In this document: positions 35,071 through 49,359 of the stretch, piece by piece
How positions within the stretch are numbered: the first letter of the stretch is position 1
Layout of the letters: each line of letters opens with the position of its first letter
Assembly (NCBI GenBank): GCA_964658305.1
Contig: OZ210885.1
Span: forward strand, 6,262,001 to 6,326,000
Reading direction: 5' to 3'
Source: Leptogorgia sarmentosa
Taxonomy: Eukaryota
Length of the DNA stretch: 64,000 nucleotides
Translations under genes and position numbers: made by a program
Notes under the pieces: generated by a model
Databases searched by the model: none
What the model was told of the DNA's origin: nothing
The model's input: the letters and a program-made list of their open reading frames with translations, nothing else

Positions 35071-38000
35071 CTAGAAGCAGAAATCAGAAAGTTAGAAGAT
35101 TAAATTGAGAGGGTAAAGAGATTCCTTGGCATGGAAGCCTCTCTTTCACAAGGTATATGATAATACATGTGATTGACCATCATGCAATTTATGTTAACTT
35201 ATCAGTACAATTTCAGATGAATTGTTATATGTACCTGTATGGCCCCATCCAACTAGGCTCCATTTTTCCACCTACTCGCGATTCATTATTCATGTTCCTT
35301 TGAAGGTTGAAGGTTTTTACACCCTTTGCCTTTCTTTTCTGGTACTGTTTTTTTTTGTTTTTCCTGGGCTATTTCCACATTATTAAGGACCTATATATAA
35401 TAAAGTCAGAATTGCAAGGTCAATCATCGCTGTCTGCCGTAAGTAGAATCCCACAGGCACAAGCAATTGTTGTTTTCCCATCTGCCAAGTTGCCAAGAGG
35501 GACAATCTGAAAAGCAGGAACCTCTGACAACCACTTCACATTACTGTTGTTGCACCAAGCCCCGCACTATTGCTTGTACCTCTGATGTGTTTGCCCCCTA
35601 ATCATGTAGTGCTAGGTAGAGTGCTTCAATGGTGTGAAACACTCAGTCTGATGATTACCACACTTCCTGGTAATATTTGTAGGATTAAAAACAAATAAAC
35701 CGAATGGCAGACAGTGTAATGTACCTGTTGATTTGTAGCTTCAGATGAAGCATCCTTTTTCTTGACCTTCTCATCCAGAACATCTTCAGGTTGATCTGGG
35801 GCTGGAGAATTGTCTTCAACAACAGTCATCTACAAGACATATGAAATAATTTAATGTTCTGCATGTTTTGTATAAAATAATACTGTAGTTAACTCAACAG
35901 CAGGCCTTGCATGGGACCTAGAGTCTTGTTTGCACAAAACAATTCTTAGTAGTTTGTAAATATATTCTTCACTTGTAAATAGACTATTATAATCTATTCA
36001 TTATTTCTCCTTGATGTAACATAACACTTTATAATTTTTGCACTTAATTACTTATTTATATCCTATTTCTAGCATATTAGTAGAATCAGTTAGTTATAAC
36101 TTGTACTAAAGATGGCATAAGAATATCGAAAGATGTTTACATTTAAGTGCATCCTTTTTTACTTACCAATTAAGTCTATACCAACCAACTCCAGAGCACT
36201 GATGACTTTAATTGGAATTAATGCTGGAGCTTGGGTCTTTATTTTACTGTAGATTTGACACCGATGGCATGACATAATCTAAAATGTCAAATAAAACACT
36301 TCATGTTTGTTGTTTACTGCAGAGCTATATAAATTCAAACTTGTTTTGTGAGCCAATAATAAATGAGAAGATAGTCATTGTTCGTTTAAATAAATAAATT
36401 AAATACAGGCATATATCAATGTCTACTCTCTCAAACAATTTATAATAATTTATATCATAAACAAACAATAGATGGTTTCCTGTACAATTTTGACTACATA
36501 CATTCCTTAATTTTGCAAAGACCTCAAGTAGTACCTGTTCTTTAACATATTCTGAAACATATTCCCTATCTCATAAACCTCTACTATAAACAATTAAAAA
36601 AATGACAGAAGCTAAACATTAGCACGGAGCTTTGTTTGGAGATAAAACTTACATATTCCTGGATATCTTCTTTCATACCATTCCAGTGATAGTAATTGGA
36701 CACTTTGAATAAAGTGGCATTAACGCCGCTGTGCCCTCCCATTGCATCACTGTGGTGAAGTTTCAAAATCTCTCCAATTTCTTTCACATTAAGGACTACT
36801 CTTTTGCGAACAGCATCATTCCCTCCTGTATAATATAGTTCACCATCTAAAATACAGATCATTATTATTTGTTATTGTTACTTGATATAATACATCATAA
36901 CCACCAAGTTGGAATTGTCATAGTAATAATTTTATTGACATCAACTAAAACTTGTTATCCAGTCAGCTTTATTACTGGTCAAGGGCTGCATGTTATCAGA
37001 AACTCCTGTAATAGTTATCTTGCGAATAAGCCAAGGTGATTACCAATGTATGCCTGGCATACGATAAGTTGTTAACAAGTCGAAGGGCAAAGAACCAACA
37101 AATTTCAAAGATTGTTGCAATGTTGATGAATGCCACACAAAAATGTGATAGTATGTGATTTGGATAAATACCATGTCATGTCACTCATGGCTAGCCAAAA
37201 TTTTTGTATCACTTTTACTCCCAGAGTCTATCCAAGATTCACTATTTATAATTCTGGTTGGGTATTATTTAAGCCTCCAGAAGCAGCATTTTAGCAATCT
37301 GGATACACATGACTTGGCCAAGTTCCATTGGATGTCATGTGGTTAGATGCTAGTAAATGTTTGTGTAGTCACTCTCAGGTAGTCCATCAACGCAACATAT
37401 TTATAATTTTGTCTATTGGCTATTTATAAGACATAGCTTTCTTATCAGTTTTGAGGAAAGGATGTTATTCTTTATAATATCATATCACTGTCATAATCAT
37501 ATGGCCTGGCCCATTGCCATTGGCATCAACTTTGATATGACTGGTAACATGCTATCGTGAGATTTGAACGCGGTTGGTTTGGCATACTTCTATGTTCAAC
37601 ATGATATATTCAATTAAATTTATACTCACTGTTTTCATCCAGAACGTAGTTCTTCGCTTGTCCACGAACTGTGCATTGTTGGTTTTTTGTCAAACCATTT
37701 TGGTGCTTTCCATGGCGTAAATAGTGACTTACGCGGCCGCATTTCTGGTTATGCTCCTCCATGCGCTCTGCCCCGGATTTGCGCTCAGGCACGCTTTCAT
37801 CCGTACTTTCTACCTGTGTCTGTTGCTGTGGTGCCATTACAAAGATTTTGTCGTTTTTCGAACACGTATTTTGAAAACAGAAGCGAAAGCGCAAGATCAA
37901 CACCGTCAACACCGTGAGGGGATAACTCAGACTGGGAGCAAGATGGCTACCCATAAGACAACAGTCACATGCATGCGCATGCGCATAGGGGAATACTCAG

Positions 38001-38839
38001 ACTGGGGGAGGACTGAGACCACTACACCGGGCCAAAAGTGTTCATGTAATCGCAAGGCAATCCCATCCCGGATAACCGGGCTGAAAACTCTTCATGTAAT
38101 CACCCCCTAAATAATTTAATTAATTTTGTCTTGTAACATCATCGCATATACTCTGTAACGTTTTCGAAGTTAAGTGGTCGGTTACACTTTCCTGCAAGAG
38201 AAAATGATCATAACAATACTTCATTCAAATCTGTCATTGCTACTGATGAAATGTAGTCAGTCTGTATTTTTTGAAAAAAACTTTTTACTACAATAGCTGT
38301 AGGCGAAATAGCGAGTCCCCGTGAACTATTATCAATATTTACAATCTCAGGAATATATACTTGGCATATACCATCTTTCATGTTCCTGTTGGTTTTCATT
38401 CTATACATGACAAAAAAACAATATGATAGTAGATACGTTGAAAAATTACATCTATAAATAAAATTAGTGATACTCACTGTTTGCTGGCTAAGGTAAATCG
38501 TTTCACGACTTTTCTTCGTATTAAAACAACATAATGGACGCACCCCTCGGTGTTTTCTAGATATCATAATTTCAACTTCCAAAAAATATATCGAGGTAGC
38601 TTTACATCCAGGTTTTTTTAAAGATAATTGAAATTTATATGTGTAACAGTAGCTCAATCTCGATTGTATTATAAGGGCAACATACAGTTAATAAGTACTT
38701 ACCTAATATTTCTACACTTCGTTTATAATTATATTAATATATAATAACCAACCAATTTCATGACAAGTGTCATCGTACCAATCTCTCCAACACAGTAAAC
38801 TGTGCAGTATTATGGACACATTGCTAACATTTTTACGTT

Positions 38840-39030
38840 AATTCTTGAACACATGAAGCATGTGCAGTATCATTAACGTCACGGCCAACCTCGAACACAA
38901 ATAAAATGTGCAGGTAACATGGCCATAGCCAACCTCGAACACATATAAAATGTGCAGGTAACATGGAATAGCCAACCTTGAACACATATAAAATGTGCAG
39001 GTAACAGGCCATATAACAAACTTACTGACC
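38840..39030. repeat. ~44-bp imperfect tandem repeat
   Basis: Repeated gccaacctcgaacacatataaaatgtgcaggtaacatgg. Confidence 0.75.
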
Positions 39031-39174
39031 TTTGAACAACGTAAGTTTCGAAAACTGTTTGCGTACCAACCTTGCATGCATTTTTGCATTTCTTTGCTTA
39101 CCCAAATGGTGCAGCTCTGTCAATCCTCGAACACATCTAAACTGATGCACAGGTAACATTGACAATACTTTACT

Positions 39175-39587
39175 GATGCTTGAACAACACCAGTTTCGAC
39201 AACTGTTTACGTATTTGCTTTGTCATGCACGTTCGAATTTCTCGTCTTGGCCAGGTGGTGCATACGAATAGATGTAGCATTGACAACAAAATTTAATCAG
39301 GTTAAAGATATGATTGTTCTCTACAGTCGAATCAAACATGTGTTGGTCTAATTTACTAAAGACCCTACTCTCGGCGCATACTTGTAGCACCGTGTTGCTA
39401 ATCGCACTTGAAAGACCAGCGCTATGTGGTTGGCCACCGCCGTTCACCCTAAGCATTCTCATAACACACTTTTCTGTTTCCTTGCAGATTTTAAGAAGCC
39501 CATCTGACGGCAATTTAAGACCTCCATTTGACTTCCATGTAACAAACAAGTCTGGAATGCATTGCTTGGTCGTTGTCAACACTGTTA
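39175..39587 (-). pseudogene. P-element/THAP9-like transposase C-terminus
   Basis: KSNGGLKLPS..ICKETEK, DQHMFD..NHIFNLIK..Y..IRMHH, IRKQLSKLVLFKHQ. Confidence 0.75.
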
Positions 39588-40594
39588 CACTGTAAAAATT
39601 GGTTGGTTGAAACAACCAACAAAAAATTGGTACAAAAGTGGATCTGAGGTAACATATTTTTTATTGGTTGAAAAACCAATTTGATACAAGTAAAAATTAA
39701 TTGGTAGAAATAACCAATTGGAATAGTTTATTTCTACCAAATGGACTCTGTAATTTTGACCCAATAATAATTGGTAGTGTAAAACGACCTCTTTCTTTGT
39801 ATAAATGTGACTTGAACAGCAGGATCGTCGAGGTCACAAAGGGAATGCTCGTTACTTGAGTAAAACACGGTAGAGACTAGAGCACACAATTTCCAAAGAT
39901 ACTTTTGTTAAACGTTTACGATACTTTTACACACACTGACAACCCAGACTGACTAACTCACTATTATTAATTTACATTTGATGCGTTTGCCAATGACGCA
40001 TTGTTCATTGTGCATTGTGCGTTGTTTACCATATATGGTCATATTAACCCTGATCTTAATATATGTATAACGTATCTCGTATATTGAACGTATCTCGTAT
40101 AACATATCTCCCTCTTTTAGTGGAAAACCTCCCGGTTTTCGTTAGAAATACGATATAGAAAGTTATTGCCATCAAGTTCAATATGATCTTCAACCATGGT
40201 CTTCGAATTCACCATTGATGTAGTTCTTGTAACTGTAACTGTATATTGATGACAAGTACACAGATAAATACTCACCCAATTGCAAAGGCATGTGAAATTT
40301 GACTTGAACCAAAGAAGGAAAAGGACATGGTTGTGTCAGGGAAACGACAATAACAACATAACAAAACACAACAATAAAAAGCCTATATTACATTCGTTTT
40401 CTCATCATTCACTTTTAACACATGTGACATAGAATTATACTTCACACACAATTATAACGTGTCCAAACGAGGGGTGCATGCATGCTAAATAGTTCAAAGC
40501 CAAAGTCAGGACAACACAAGCATGAGGAACTGAGCACTCTGATAAAAAAAACAAGTCATCCCAGAGGTTAAAAGCATAGAGATGGTATCGTACG

Positions 40595-42190
40595 TTAGTC
40601 GTTGTTTTGTTGCAGGTGAATCATGTCTGTCTCGTCTACCCATGAATTATGCTCAGGGCCATACCCTTCCCATTTAACTAGAAATTGCTTTTTGCCCTTG
40701 CGCTTACGCTCTCTAATGATACTCTCTATATTGTATGTTGCCGAATCATCCTCTACGACTGATGGGTCTGGCGGAGTCGGTTCGTCGATGCTGGGTTCAT
40801 TGACCGGTGTATTATCGACAAGTACATCATCAGGCAGTTCGTCTTCTGGAATGGGTGGTTCGTCTGGCATTTCAATACTTGGAGGACGAGATTCGGGGTC
40901 ATAGTAAGGCTTCATTCGATTTGCATGCATGGTAATAGAGACGAGGCGATTGTCGCAAGTTCTCAATTTGAAGTGGACTGGTGAGCATTTTTCTATGATC
41001 CGGTATGGTCTATGCCAATGATGCATAAGTTTCCGTGAAAGACCCTTCTTTGTTTTCGGTGTATATACCCATACACAATCTCCGAGCATAAATTTAGGTT
41101 CACGAGCTGAACGGTCGTAACAGGCTTTCATGGATTGCCGTGTTCGCTGGGTGTTTGCGCGAGCGATAGCATGAGCTTCTTCTATTGTTTGGACTATGCG
41201 CGCTCGATGTTCCTTAATAGAATTTGTTACATTGGAGGGAGGAAGAAGAGAAACATTGACTGGGAGTCGTGGCTCACGTCCGTAAAGCAGGTAAAATGGA
41301 CTATCTCCGGTGGTTTCGTAGGGACTAACGCGAAAACCAAACAATATCGCTGGTAAATGGGTGTCCCAGTCTTTTTGGTCACGACTGACATACATTGACA
41401 CGGATTGGCAAAGTGTATGGTTGAATCTTTCAACAAGACCGTCTGTTTGGGGATGGTACGCTGTTGTGTTCACTTTCTTGGTGTTGAGAAGTTCACAGAC
41501 CGATTTCACGAGTGATGATAGGAAGTTAGTTCCGTGATCTGATAACAAAGTCAGAGGAGCGCCATGTGTAAGAACGATATGGTTAACTAGGAGGCGAGCG
41601 ATTGTTGGAGCGTCTGTATTTGGAACAGCGAATGCCTCTGGCCATCGAGTGAGGTATTCTGTAAAAACGACGACATAACGGTTTCCAGCATTGGACAGAG
41701 GGAATGGACCCAAACAGTCAACTGCAATACGATCGAAAGCGTTTTCGACTGGGATTGGCAGGAGGGGAGGTTTATGTCTGTTACGAGGCGATTTCTTCAT
41801 TGCACAATCGATGCAGCTTTTGCACCATCGGTCAACATCCCGGAACATATTACGCCAATAATAACGAGTACGGATCTTACCATATGTCTTCTGTGTACCA
41901 AGATGACCAGCAGTAACATCATCGTGAGCCCAAACCAAAACTTCATGCTTTAAAGCGTCTGGAATTACAAGTTGTGAGCATACATCACGTTGGGTACGTT
42001 TACTGGGTGTCCAAAGGGAGAAGAGCAAACCGTTATCATCCAGATAAAACTTGTCGCCATAAAGTACGAACGAGCGAGCTCTTCTGCTGTTAGCTGGCAG
42101 CCCATCAGTTTCCAAGAAGGTGATGAGATCGGAGAGTTCAGCATCTTTGCGTTGTAATTCACGAATACGATCGATTGGTACCCCAGGTAA
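40595..42190 (-). CDS. Gypsy integrase with C-terminal chromodomain
   Basis: [47 protein letters not shown]. Confidence 0.92.
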   Translation of the reverse strand, partial: LPGVPIDRIRELQRKDAELSDLITFLETDGLPANSRRARSFVLYGDKFYLDDNGLLFSLWTPSKRTQRDVCSQLVIPDALKHEVLVWAHDDVTAGHLGTQKTYGKIRTRYYWRNMFRDVDRWCKSCIDCAMKKSPRNRHKPPLLPIPVENAFDRIAVDCLGPFPLSNAGNRYVVVFTEYLTRWPEAFAVPNTDAPTIARLLVNHIVLTHGAPLTLLSDHGTNFLSSLVKSVCELLNTKKVNTTAYHPQTDGLVERFNHTLCQSVSMYVSRDQKDWDTHLPAILFGFRVSPYETTGDSPFYLLYGREPRLPVNVSLLPPSNVTNSIKEHRARIVQTIEEAHAIARANTQRTRQSMKACYDRSAREPKFMLGDCVWVYTPKTKKGLSRKLMHHWHRPYRIIEKCSPVHFKLRTCDNRLVSITMHANRMKPYYDPESRPPSIEMPDEPPIPEDELPDDVLVDNTPVNEPSIDEPTPPDPSVVEDDSATYNIESIIRERKRKGKKQFLVKWEGYGPEHNSWVDETDMIHLQQNND

Positions 42191-42199
42191 ATCGTATGC

Positions 42200-43489
42200 G
42201 CCAATGTGCGAAATCGGGGTAGGCCAAAATTGGTGCTGATGTAAGGCAGGATTTTAAGGTGTGAAACGCTTTTTCGCAAGACTCGTCCCAATAGAAACGT
42301 ACATTCTTATGCGTAAGCTTGTTGAGTGGCGATGCTATTGATGCAAAATTTTTGATGAATCTACGGTAGTAGTTCGCTAGGCCTAGAAAGCTTCTAATTT
42401 CACGAACGCATCGAGGAACTGGAAAGTTTTCGACTGCCGCAATTTTACTAGGATCTGGTCGAATACCATCGCGAGAGACAATGTGTCCGAGTTATTCTAC
42501 ACTGGAACGCGCAAATGAGCACATGCTAGGCTTAAGTTTAACATTCGCAGACCGGAGCCTACTGAAAACATCATTTAAATGGTCTAAATGGTCATCGAAT
42601 GAGCGTGAATAGATTATGTCATCTAAATATACTAAGCAAATTTGATACTGGAGACCATGTAAAACAGCGTGCATTAAGCGTTGAAATGTTGACGGGGCGT
42701 TTGCTAACCTGAAAGGCATTCTACGAAATTCATATAACCTGCTATGTGTTGCAAAAGCAGTTTTTGGTTTGGATTCGTCGTCCACTTCGACTTGCCAATA
42801 GCCTGATCGCAGGTCAAGACAGGAGAAATATGAAGTACCATGCAAACAATCAAGAGTGTCTTGTACATGAGGAATCGGATGGGAATCTTGCTGAGTGACT
42901 TTGTTTAACTGTTGGTAGTCAACACAAAAACGTTCAGTGCCATCTTTTTTTCGTACTAAAACTACTGGGGCTGCCCACGGGCTTACTGAAGGCTGGATAA
43001 TTCCTTGATCAAGCATTTCTTGTACATGATTATCGATACTTGTTCTTACTGCAGGTGACACACGATATGGTTGTCGGTAAATTGGTCGAGAATTACCAGT
43101 GTCAATATGGTGTTCGACAAGTGAGGTTTGACCTAGCTCGTCATCTTTGAGTGTAAATACGTCACGATTATCTTGCAACAGCTGATTCAATTGTGCCTGT
43201 TGTTTATCATCAACATCTGAGTTACCAAAATTTATAGATTCCAGTAGTAAGCTAGCATGCTGGGACTTATCATCTGGTACATTATTGGTGTTGATAACAG
43301 ACACAATTTGTGGTGCTTCGTAAGACGAAAACTGACCTAGATTAGTGCAACGATAAATAGTTACAGGCTGTGATGTTGGATTAATAATGCGGAATGGAAC
43401 AGTAAACTCTTCTGTTACACTAACAAGTGTTGCAGCACCGCAAACCTGATAATGTTCTGCTAATGTGTGGTTAGACTCAATATTACCTA
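42200..43489 (-). pseudogene. Gypsy reverse transcriptase; frameshifted, RNase H deleted
   Basis: [37 protein letters not shown] joined directly to the integrase linker. Confidence 0.9.
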
Positions 43490-43845
43490 TTAAAGTGCCT
43501 ATCGCACTTTTTCGGTTTTTGCATATTCGTATACTTTCGACGATTCTGAGCAACTTTGCAATTTATCTTCATAGACAAAAACTTCATCTTCCCCTTGTTT
43601 TTCGCGATCAAATTTCGATTTTTACCCCCGCGGCCTAAATGGCTGTTACTGGTGACGAATTTTCGCTGATGACGTTGATAGGGTCGGAAGTAAATTTACA
43701 TGCCGCGCGGAAAGCTGATATGCTAGTATACAACACAAAGTTACAAACCACGCTTACACATTGAGAGTTCTACCGTTCTACCAGTGTTCCAAGTCTGTTT
43801 TAAGTAAATATATTCGGCTGCGACGACAAAAATTGAGCCACAAGC

Positions 43846-46800
43846 ATGCCAAAACGATGCGTCGTGTTTGGGTGCTCTAATGTGCCCAATACCAAAGAGG
43901 GAATGTCTGTCCACAACATACCTTTTGCCGAAGATGAAAGGCCCGAGGCAAAGAAGCGACGAAAGAGATGGGTGAATTTCGTTGAGCAAAAGCGAGCGAA
44001 TTTCACTCTGTCGAACACATCAGTGGTTTGTTCGAAGCATTTTAAGCCGGAGGACTTTGAGAGACAATTTTTGCTGGCACCAGAGTCAAGCAAACCAGCC
44101 ATTCCTCGCTTGAAACGGGATGAAATCGGAGTGTGCGTTTGGCCAACGTTGTTTGAAGAGCCAAAAGAAGCGCCAATGACGGCAAGGGAGGCTCGTCGTT
44201 TGGTAAGATTTTAAAGGAATTTGTAATATATATTCAAGGTTCTGTCATAAGAGTGTGTTCGCAAGTGATTAAGATCGAATTTTGTTTTTGAATACAGGCC
44301 TTTCGTGCCAGATTTGGGACAACCGCAAGTGAAGAGGCCGGTGAAAGCTCGGACGTCGCAGAAGAAGGTACAGCACCTTGCACGGATGTTGGAGGAGAAT
44401 CAATGGAAGTAAGACTGTATATATTGAGTTTTAATGTATCTGCATTTATTTATAATCATTGTTTACATTATGTATATGGTATACCTCATTTCTTACAGAT
44501 CGAAGAACCAGAAGTGAAGGACGCTTGGATGCAGACCAGTGACATAATTGTATGCAACAATTGTAATGCATATAATAAAAAAGTTAGGTCACTGGAAAAA
44601 AAGATTGCTCTCATGGAACAACAGTTGGCTACAGACTCTCAAGAAGGTACAAAGCAATTGTTTTCATGTTCTTGATAACTGTTCCTCTATTATATTGTGT
44701 TTACTTTACTTTTTTGTCCATTGCCATGTAATAAAGATAGTGCAGCCAGTGCCAGCAGTGATGTGCAAGATGAAGGTGATGGTATTGGTGGTGATGATGA
44801 CAATGATGGTGTCAGTGAAAGTGGTGATGAAGAGACTGAAGATGACCATGACACAGAAGAGGAGCCACCATTAGAAGAGTCATCTTCAGAAACTGATAGC
44901 AGTGAAGATGGAACAACTGGGAATAGGTTAGTTATTAAATTTAAACCCATCAGTGCACATGATGTCTACTGTAGCAAGGTTATTGTTATCTCATGAAAGA
45001 TGTTTGAGTGGATTATTAGTGCACAGTATGACAGAACACCCTGTATAACCAAAACAAATACATGTTTTAGTACCCCGATTATCAAACGGTCAACAATCAT
45101 TTGCAGTGCCAGCTGAAACCAACTGCAGATAATATACATAGTATTACTGGCTCAGTTATTACAATTTATGGGTTTTTTACTTATATTTAGAGTCTTCGTG
45201 AAAGATGATAATCTGCGGACACAGCCAAAGTTTGTTGTCTTCCTGTCACAATTGTTGCTGTTGTTTAATGTCTGTCAGTCATGCAACACACCAGATCCTT
45301 CAGTTGATGTAAGACAGACTGGGACAATGGCAACAGTTGTGACAAGTTGCAGCAATCCATTGTGCAAGAAAAAGGAGAACACATGGCGAAGCCAGCCTTC
45401 CATGCCTGGTAGTAATGTTGCAGCTGGTAATTTTCTGCTTTCCTTTGCAATTTTGGTTGCTGGAGGTTCAGCGAGCAAAGTCTTGAAAATATTCAATCAT
45501 ATGGGATTGTGCTGCATTTCCCTGGCAACATTTTTCCGGCACCAACAGGTATGTATTCTATTATACCATCTCACATTCAATTCCAGTTAATGTGTTCCAG
45601 TCAGTAATAATTCCTTCACATCAGCAGATACTGTATGCAGGAACCAATGTCTAATAATGTCACTTTACCTATTTTTGTCTAAGTTATATACTTTCTTATA
45701 CACTCCTCTTACTTTGACCCAAGTTTGTATTTATTTTTTGCAGACAAAGTTGTTTCCTGCAATCCATTTATTTTGGAAGGCAAAACAGAAAGGGATGATG
45801 AACCACTTAAGAGCCCAAGCTGATGTTGTTGTGTCAGGTGATGGAAGGCATGACAGTATGGGGCACAGTGCGAAGTACTGTGCCTATACAATATTCTCAT
45901 GCACAAAGACAACCAGTATAATACATTTTAATATTGTACAGGTGATTAACATTACACAGTTATTACACATTGTCGGTTGGTGTTTATGGCATCAGGATTA
46001 ATTCAATCTCTATCCCTCATCTTAACACTTACCCCAAACCTATGTAACCCTAGCCATAAAAGTAACTTTAAACCTTAAAACTAATAACAACAACTGATGA
46101 TGTAGTCTGTGGTGTAAATTCTTCTATGCGAGGAAATATACCCTGTTCTAATCTCTCAATGTAATATTTATGGTACCCTGTTTTGTTCCTAGCGAAATGA
46201 AGCTGGTAGCAGCCAGGCCATGGAATATATGGCCTTCCAGAGGTGCATGGACTTCATGCTAGAGGACGAAAAGTTGGAGGTCGCTACCTTGATTACAGAC
46301 AGGCATTCTTCAATCCAAAAGCATATGCGAGAACACCTTCCAAAGATAAAACATTACTTTGACCTCTGGCATTTGAAGAAAAGTAAGTTCACTAAGTTTA
46401 CATGTAATGTTTTGCCAATTGCCACAATCACATGATACACTGAAATCACAGTTGACAATATTTTTACTACTGTACTTTTGTCATCAGAGATTCACAAAGT
46501 TATGGACAAACTGACAAAGACAAAGGAGGGTGAATGTTTAAAGGAGTGGATCAAGCCATGTGAAAATCACTTGTATTGGTCTGCAACAACTACATTTAAT
46601 GGTGATGGCAGAGTCATCCTTGCCAAATTTGAATCTTTTTTAAGCCACATTATTGATGAGCACACAAACTTGGATAACCCCCTCTTCAATAGATGTGCTC
46701 ATGATGACAATATCTTGGAAAGAAAGTGGCTTGATAAAGGTAAAGCACCAAAATTGTTAATCCACATTTGACAGCATTACTTACTGTCCCCAGCCATCAA

Positions 46801-47996
46801 ACCTCTCCTCATCAGCCGGATTTGTAACTACAGTGTACTATGTTTTTTTTTGCTACTATTAATAATATATTGTTTTATGTTATACACAGATGGTGTTGCC
46901 TATGAGAAGCTCTGCAACGAGCTTACGAAAAAAAGATTGAGGACAGGAATCTCCCAAGCATCACCACTAGCTCAAACCAGCTGCTTGGAGGGATTCCACT
47001 CTGTACTCAACCATTTTGCACCGAAAATGATCGCCTTCTCGTTTCAAGGGATGTACTGCAGGTCAGTTTATGTTCTACAATAAACACTACTGATGTTATT
47101 ATAAAAGGCTTTATTCCAAATTGATGTTCATACCATCCAACATTGCCTCAACTCTAAACTATACAGTAGGGTTATCCTATGAAACCCCAGATGATAAAAA
47201 CTTCCCACCAGCACCTTCAGTAAAATAATGTGAAATACTAGTACAGTAGACTTAACAATATTTTTTGATTGTATTATGTCAATGTTGTAGACATATTCTG
47301 GCAACAGTACATTTCAACTGTAATCTGCAACGTGAGGTCAAGACGTTGGAGAATGGGACAGAGCAGATCAAAGTGGTTTATCCCAAATTCAAAAATGGAC
47401 AGGCAACTGTCAGAAATGTGAGGATTGCCCCAAATTATGGTAAGGAAATGTTAATCAACTACTGTATGCTGCTAACACCATGCATATTCAAATAATGTCG
47501 TTAGGAAATACAGTTTCTCACAATGGGTTACAGTAGTTCATTTACAGAATATCATTATATGTTATTATTTTAGAATATGTTCAAGAAATTTACGAAGTTT
47601 TGTTAGCATTTAACAAAGATGAATTTGATGGTGCGCTCAAAGAATTGGTGGACATGTGCCCACCCACAATGACTGACATGCTTGAGAACAAGCAGTCAGG
47701 AGAGGAAGCAGTTCAACATAGAGAGTTAAGGCAAAGTCTGTCAACTCAAGATATACCACCCACCGAACCAGGTCAGTCTACATGAGATGAAAAAATACAA
47801 AATTAATGTATCATGATCATCTACCCCATGTTGTCCATTTTTATATTTCATGATAATACTATTCTTTCTAGTTCCTCCTCTTGTACCTGTACAACCTCAA
47901 CAGCCCTCTCAAACAAGAAAGAAACCTCACTGTACAGAGTGTGGTAACCCCATGAAAGGGCATCGATTGGTTGATTGTCCTCGCAATCAAAGATGA
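43846..47996 (+). CDS. Kolobok transposase (THAP, DDE, C-terminal Cys/His finger), about 12 exons
   Basis: MPKRCVVFGC..VCSKHF, GDGRHDSMGHSAKYC, LITDRH, YFDLWH, QTSCLEGFHS, CTECGNPMKGH; GT-AG introns. Confidence 0.88.
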
Positions 47997-48052
47997 TAGG
48001 ATAAGAAATGGGCTGCATGTTGGAGTCCACATGGCTGTATATGTAGCATAAT

Positions 48053-49057
48053 TTATTTTGATACTGTTTCAAGAAACCCTAATAAAAAAAACATTCCTTA
48101 ATTAACAGAAAGACAATCATTTGTATGTCACACAAACAAACAAATCAAAATTGTATAGTAAGAATAGTAAGGCATTCATATTGGTGTATAGAACTTACCA
48201 CAAAATCCCCCATCCTCGAAGAATTCTTTCCGGATGGCATGGTATACACATGCTGGTAATGGAATTCTTTTCCTTCCAATGGTACCATAGACAAGCTGTA
48301 TAAACTGTCTGTAAGCAACACTTCTGAAGAAACTATAAAGTAGCTATAAATTATTTTTTGCAGACATTGTATTTTTATTATTAGTATTCCAATTTCTGAT
48401 AGTGATATTATAAACAAACATACGATTGTTCAGATGAAATTGCTTCATATTTTCTTCCATCAATTGTTTTAAACTTTCGCGCAGCGAGTCTAAGAGCCCA
48501 TCGATTTAGGCAAACTGTTTGGAAACCAGGATGGAGCGTGATGCACAAAGGGGCTTCTCCAACTTCTTCGACTACAAGTTCGCTTTCTAAAGCTGGTTGA
48601 CAGCCACCGACTTCATGACAGCATTGGCACTCCTTCGGATTTTGTAAATACTCTGTGCTGCAGTTGCCACATTTGCACCTTAAAATATGAAAATTGGAAT
48701 TCCATTGACAATTTCTGTTTATTTCTAGAATTTTGATATTTTGCCTGCGTAGTATGTAGTTTTAAATGTCGCCTTAGACATTTGTCGCCTAGTTGTTATT
48801 ACATACCATGTATCTGAAGCTTGTAACCCATCTAAGCGGTTTTGAAGAACGTGAACGCGTTCTTGTTCGGCATTCTTTCTGGCTCTATATTTCCTGCGCC
48901 ATTCTTCGTCCGCAATAGGTTCTCCCATGTATGGCTGAATGAAGTCATCGACATCGTCGTCATGATTTGTTACAAGTATTTCCACTTCTACTTCTGTGGT
49001 GTCTGCATTACTTTCCCTTGAGCCTGTACTGGACTTTGATGATTCAGAGGACGACAT
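48053..49057 (-). CDS. Kolobok accessory protein KolX (P2X7 C-terminal-like Cys-rich domain), 4 exons
   Basis: PYMGEP, WCKCGNC..ECQCCHE, CITLHPGFQTVCLN, AYRQF..RIPLPACVYHAIR, CGF. Confidence 0.85.
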
Positions 49058-49359
49058 GATTCCACAGTCCACACAATTCAAGCCAAAATATTCGATAATA
49101 TATCTATCAGACTGATCACTTCTCGCACAAGGCTGCTTGTTTACTGTAACAGTGCGCTTTGCAAATTTACTTCCGACCCTATCGACGTCACAGCGCTAAT
49201 TAGTCACCAGTATGGCTGCGGGGGTAAAAATCGAAATTTGATCGCGAAAAACAAGGGGAAGATGAAGTTTTTGTCTACGAAGATAAATTGCAAAGTTGCT
49301 CAGAACCGTCGAAAGTATACGAATATGCAAAAACCGAAAAAGTGCGATAGGCACTTTAA

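Larger units (their letters stand above)
32719..38026 (-). mobile_element. Ginger1 DNA transposon, integrase core deleted
   Basis: TGT...ACA TIRs (TGTcacGGTCTCAG / CTGAGACCactACA); perfect CCGG TSD (32715-32718, 38027-38030); spliced Gypsy-like integrase HHCC finger, GIDLI and GPY motifs. Confidence 0.9.
28388..38107 (-). mobile_element. Harbinger transposon interrupted by a LINE and a Ginger1
   Basis: Transposase 31496-32669 (GCIDGTH, WPGSVHDA, IGDPAYP, IECALGRLKARW); its C-terminus IRLVLTEYIRQNLPDCY* lies at 28388-28441; TIR GGGGGTGATTACATG at 38107 next to TAA. Confidence 0.8.
43494..49355 (+). mobile_element. Kolobok transposon, apparently intact, two genes
   Basis: Near-perfect ~140-bp TIRs AGTGCCTATCGCAC... 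extending imperfectly to ~205 bp; TTAA TSD (43490-43493, 49356-49359). Confidence 0.93.

Noticed and set aside
48053..49057. Host P2X7 purinoceptor gene
   Set aside because: Only the Cys-rich domain is present, with no channel domain, and it lies inside Kolobok TIRs: KolX.
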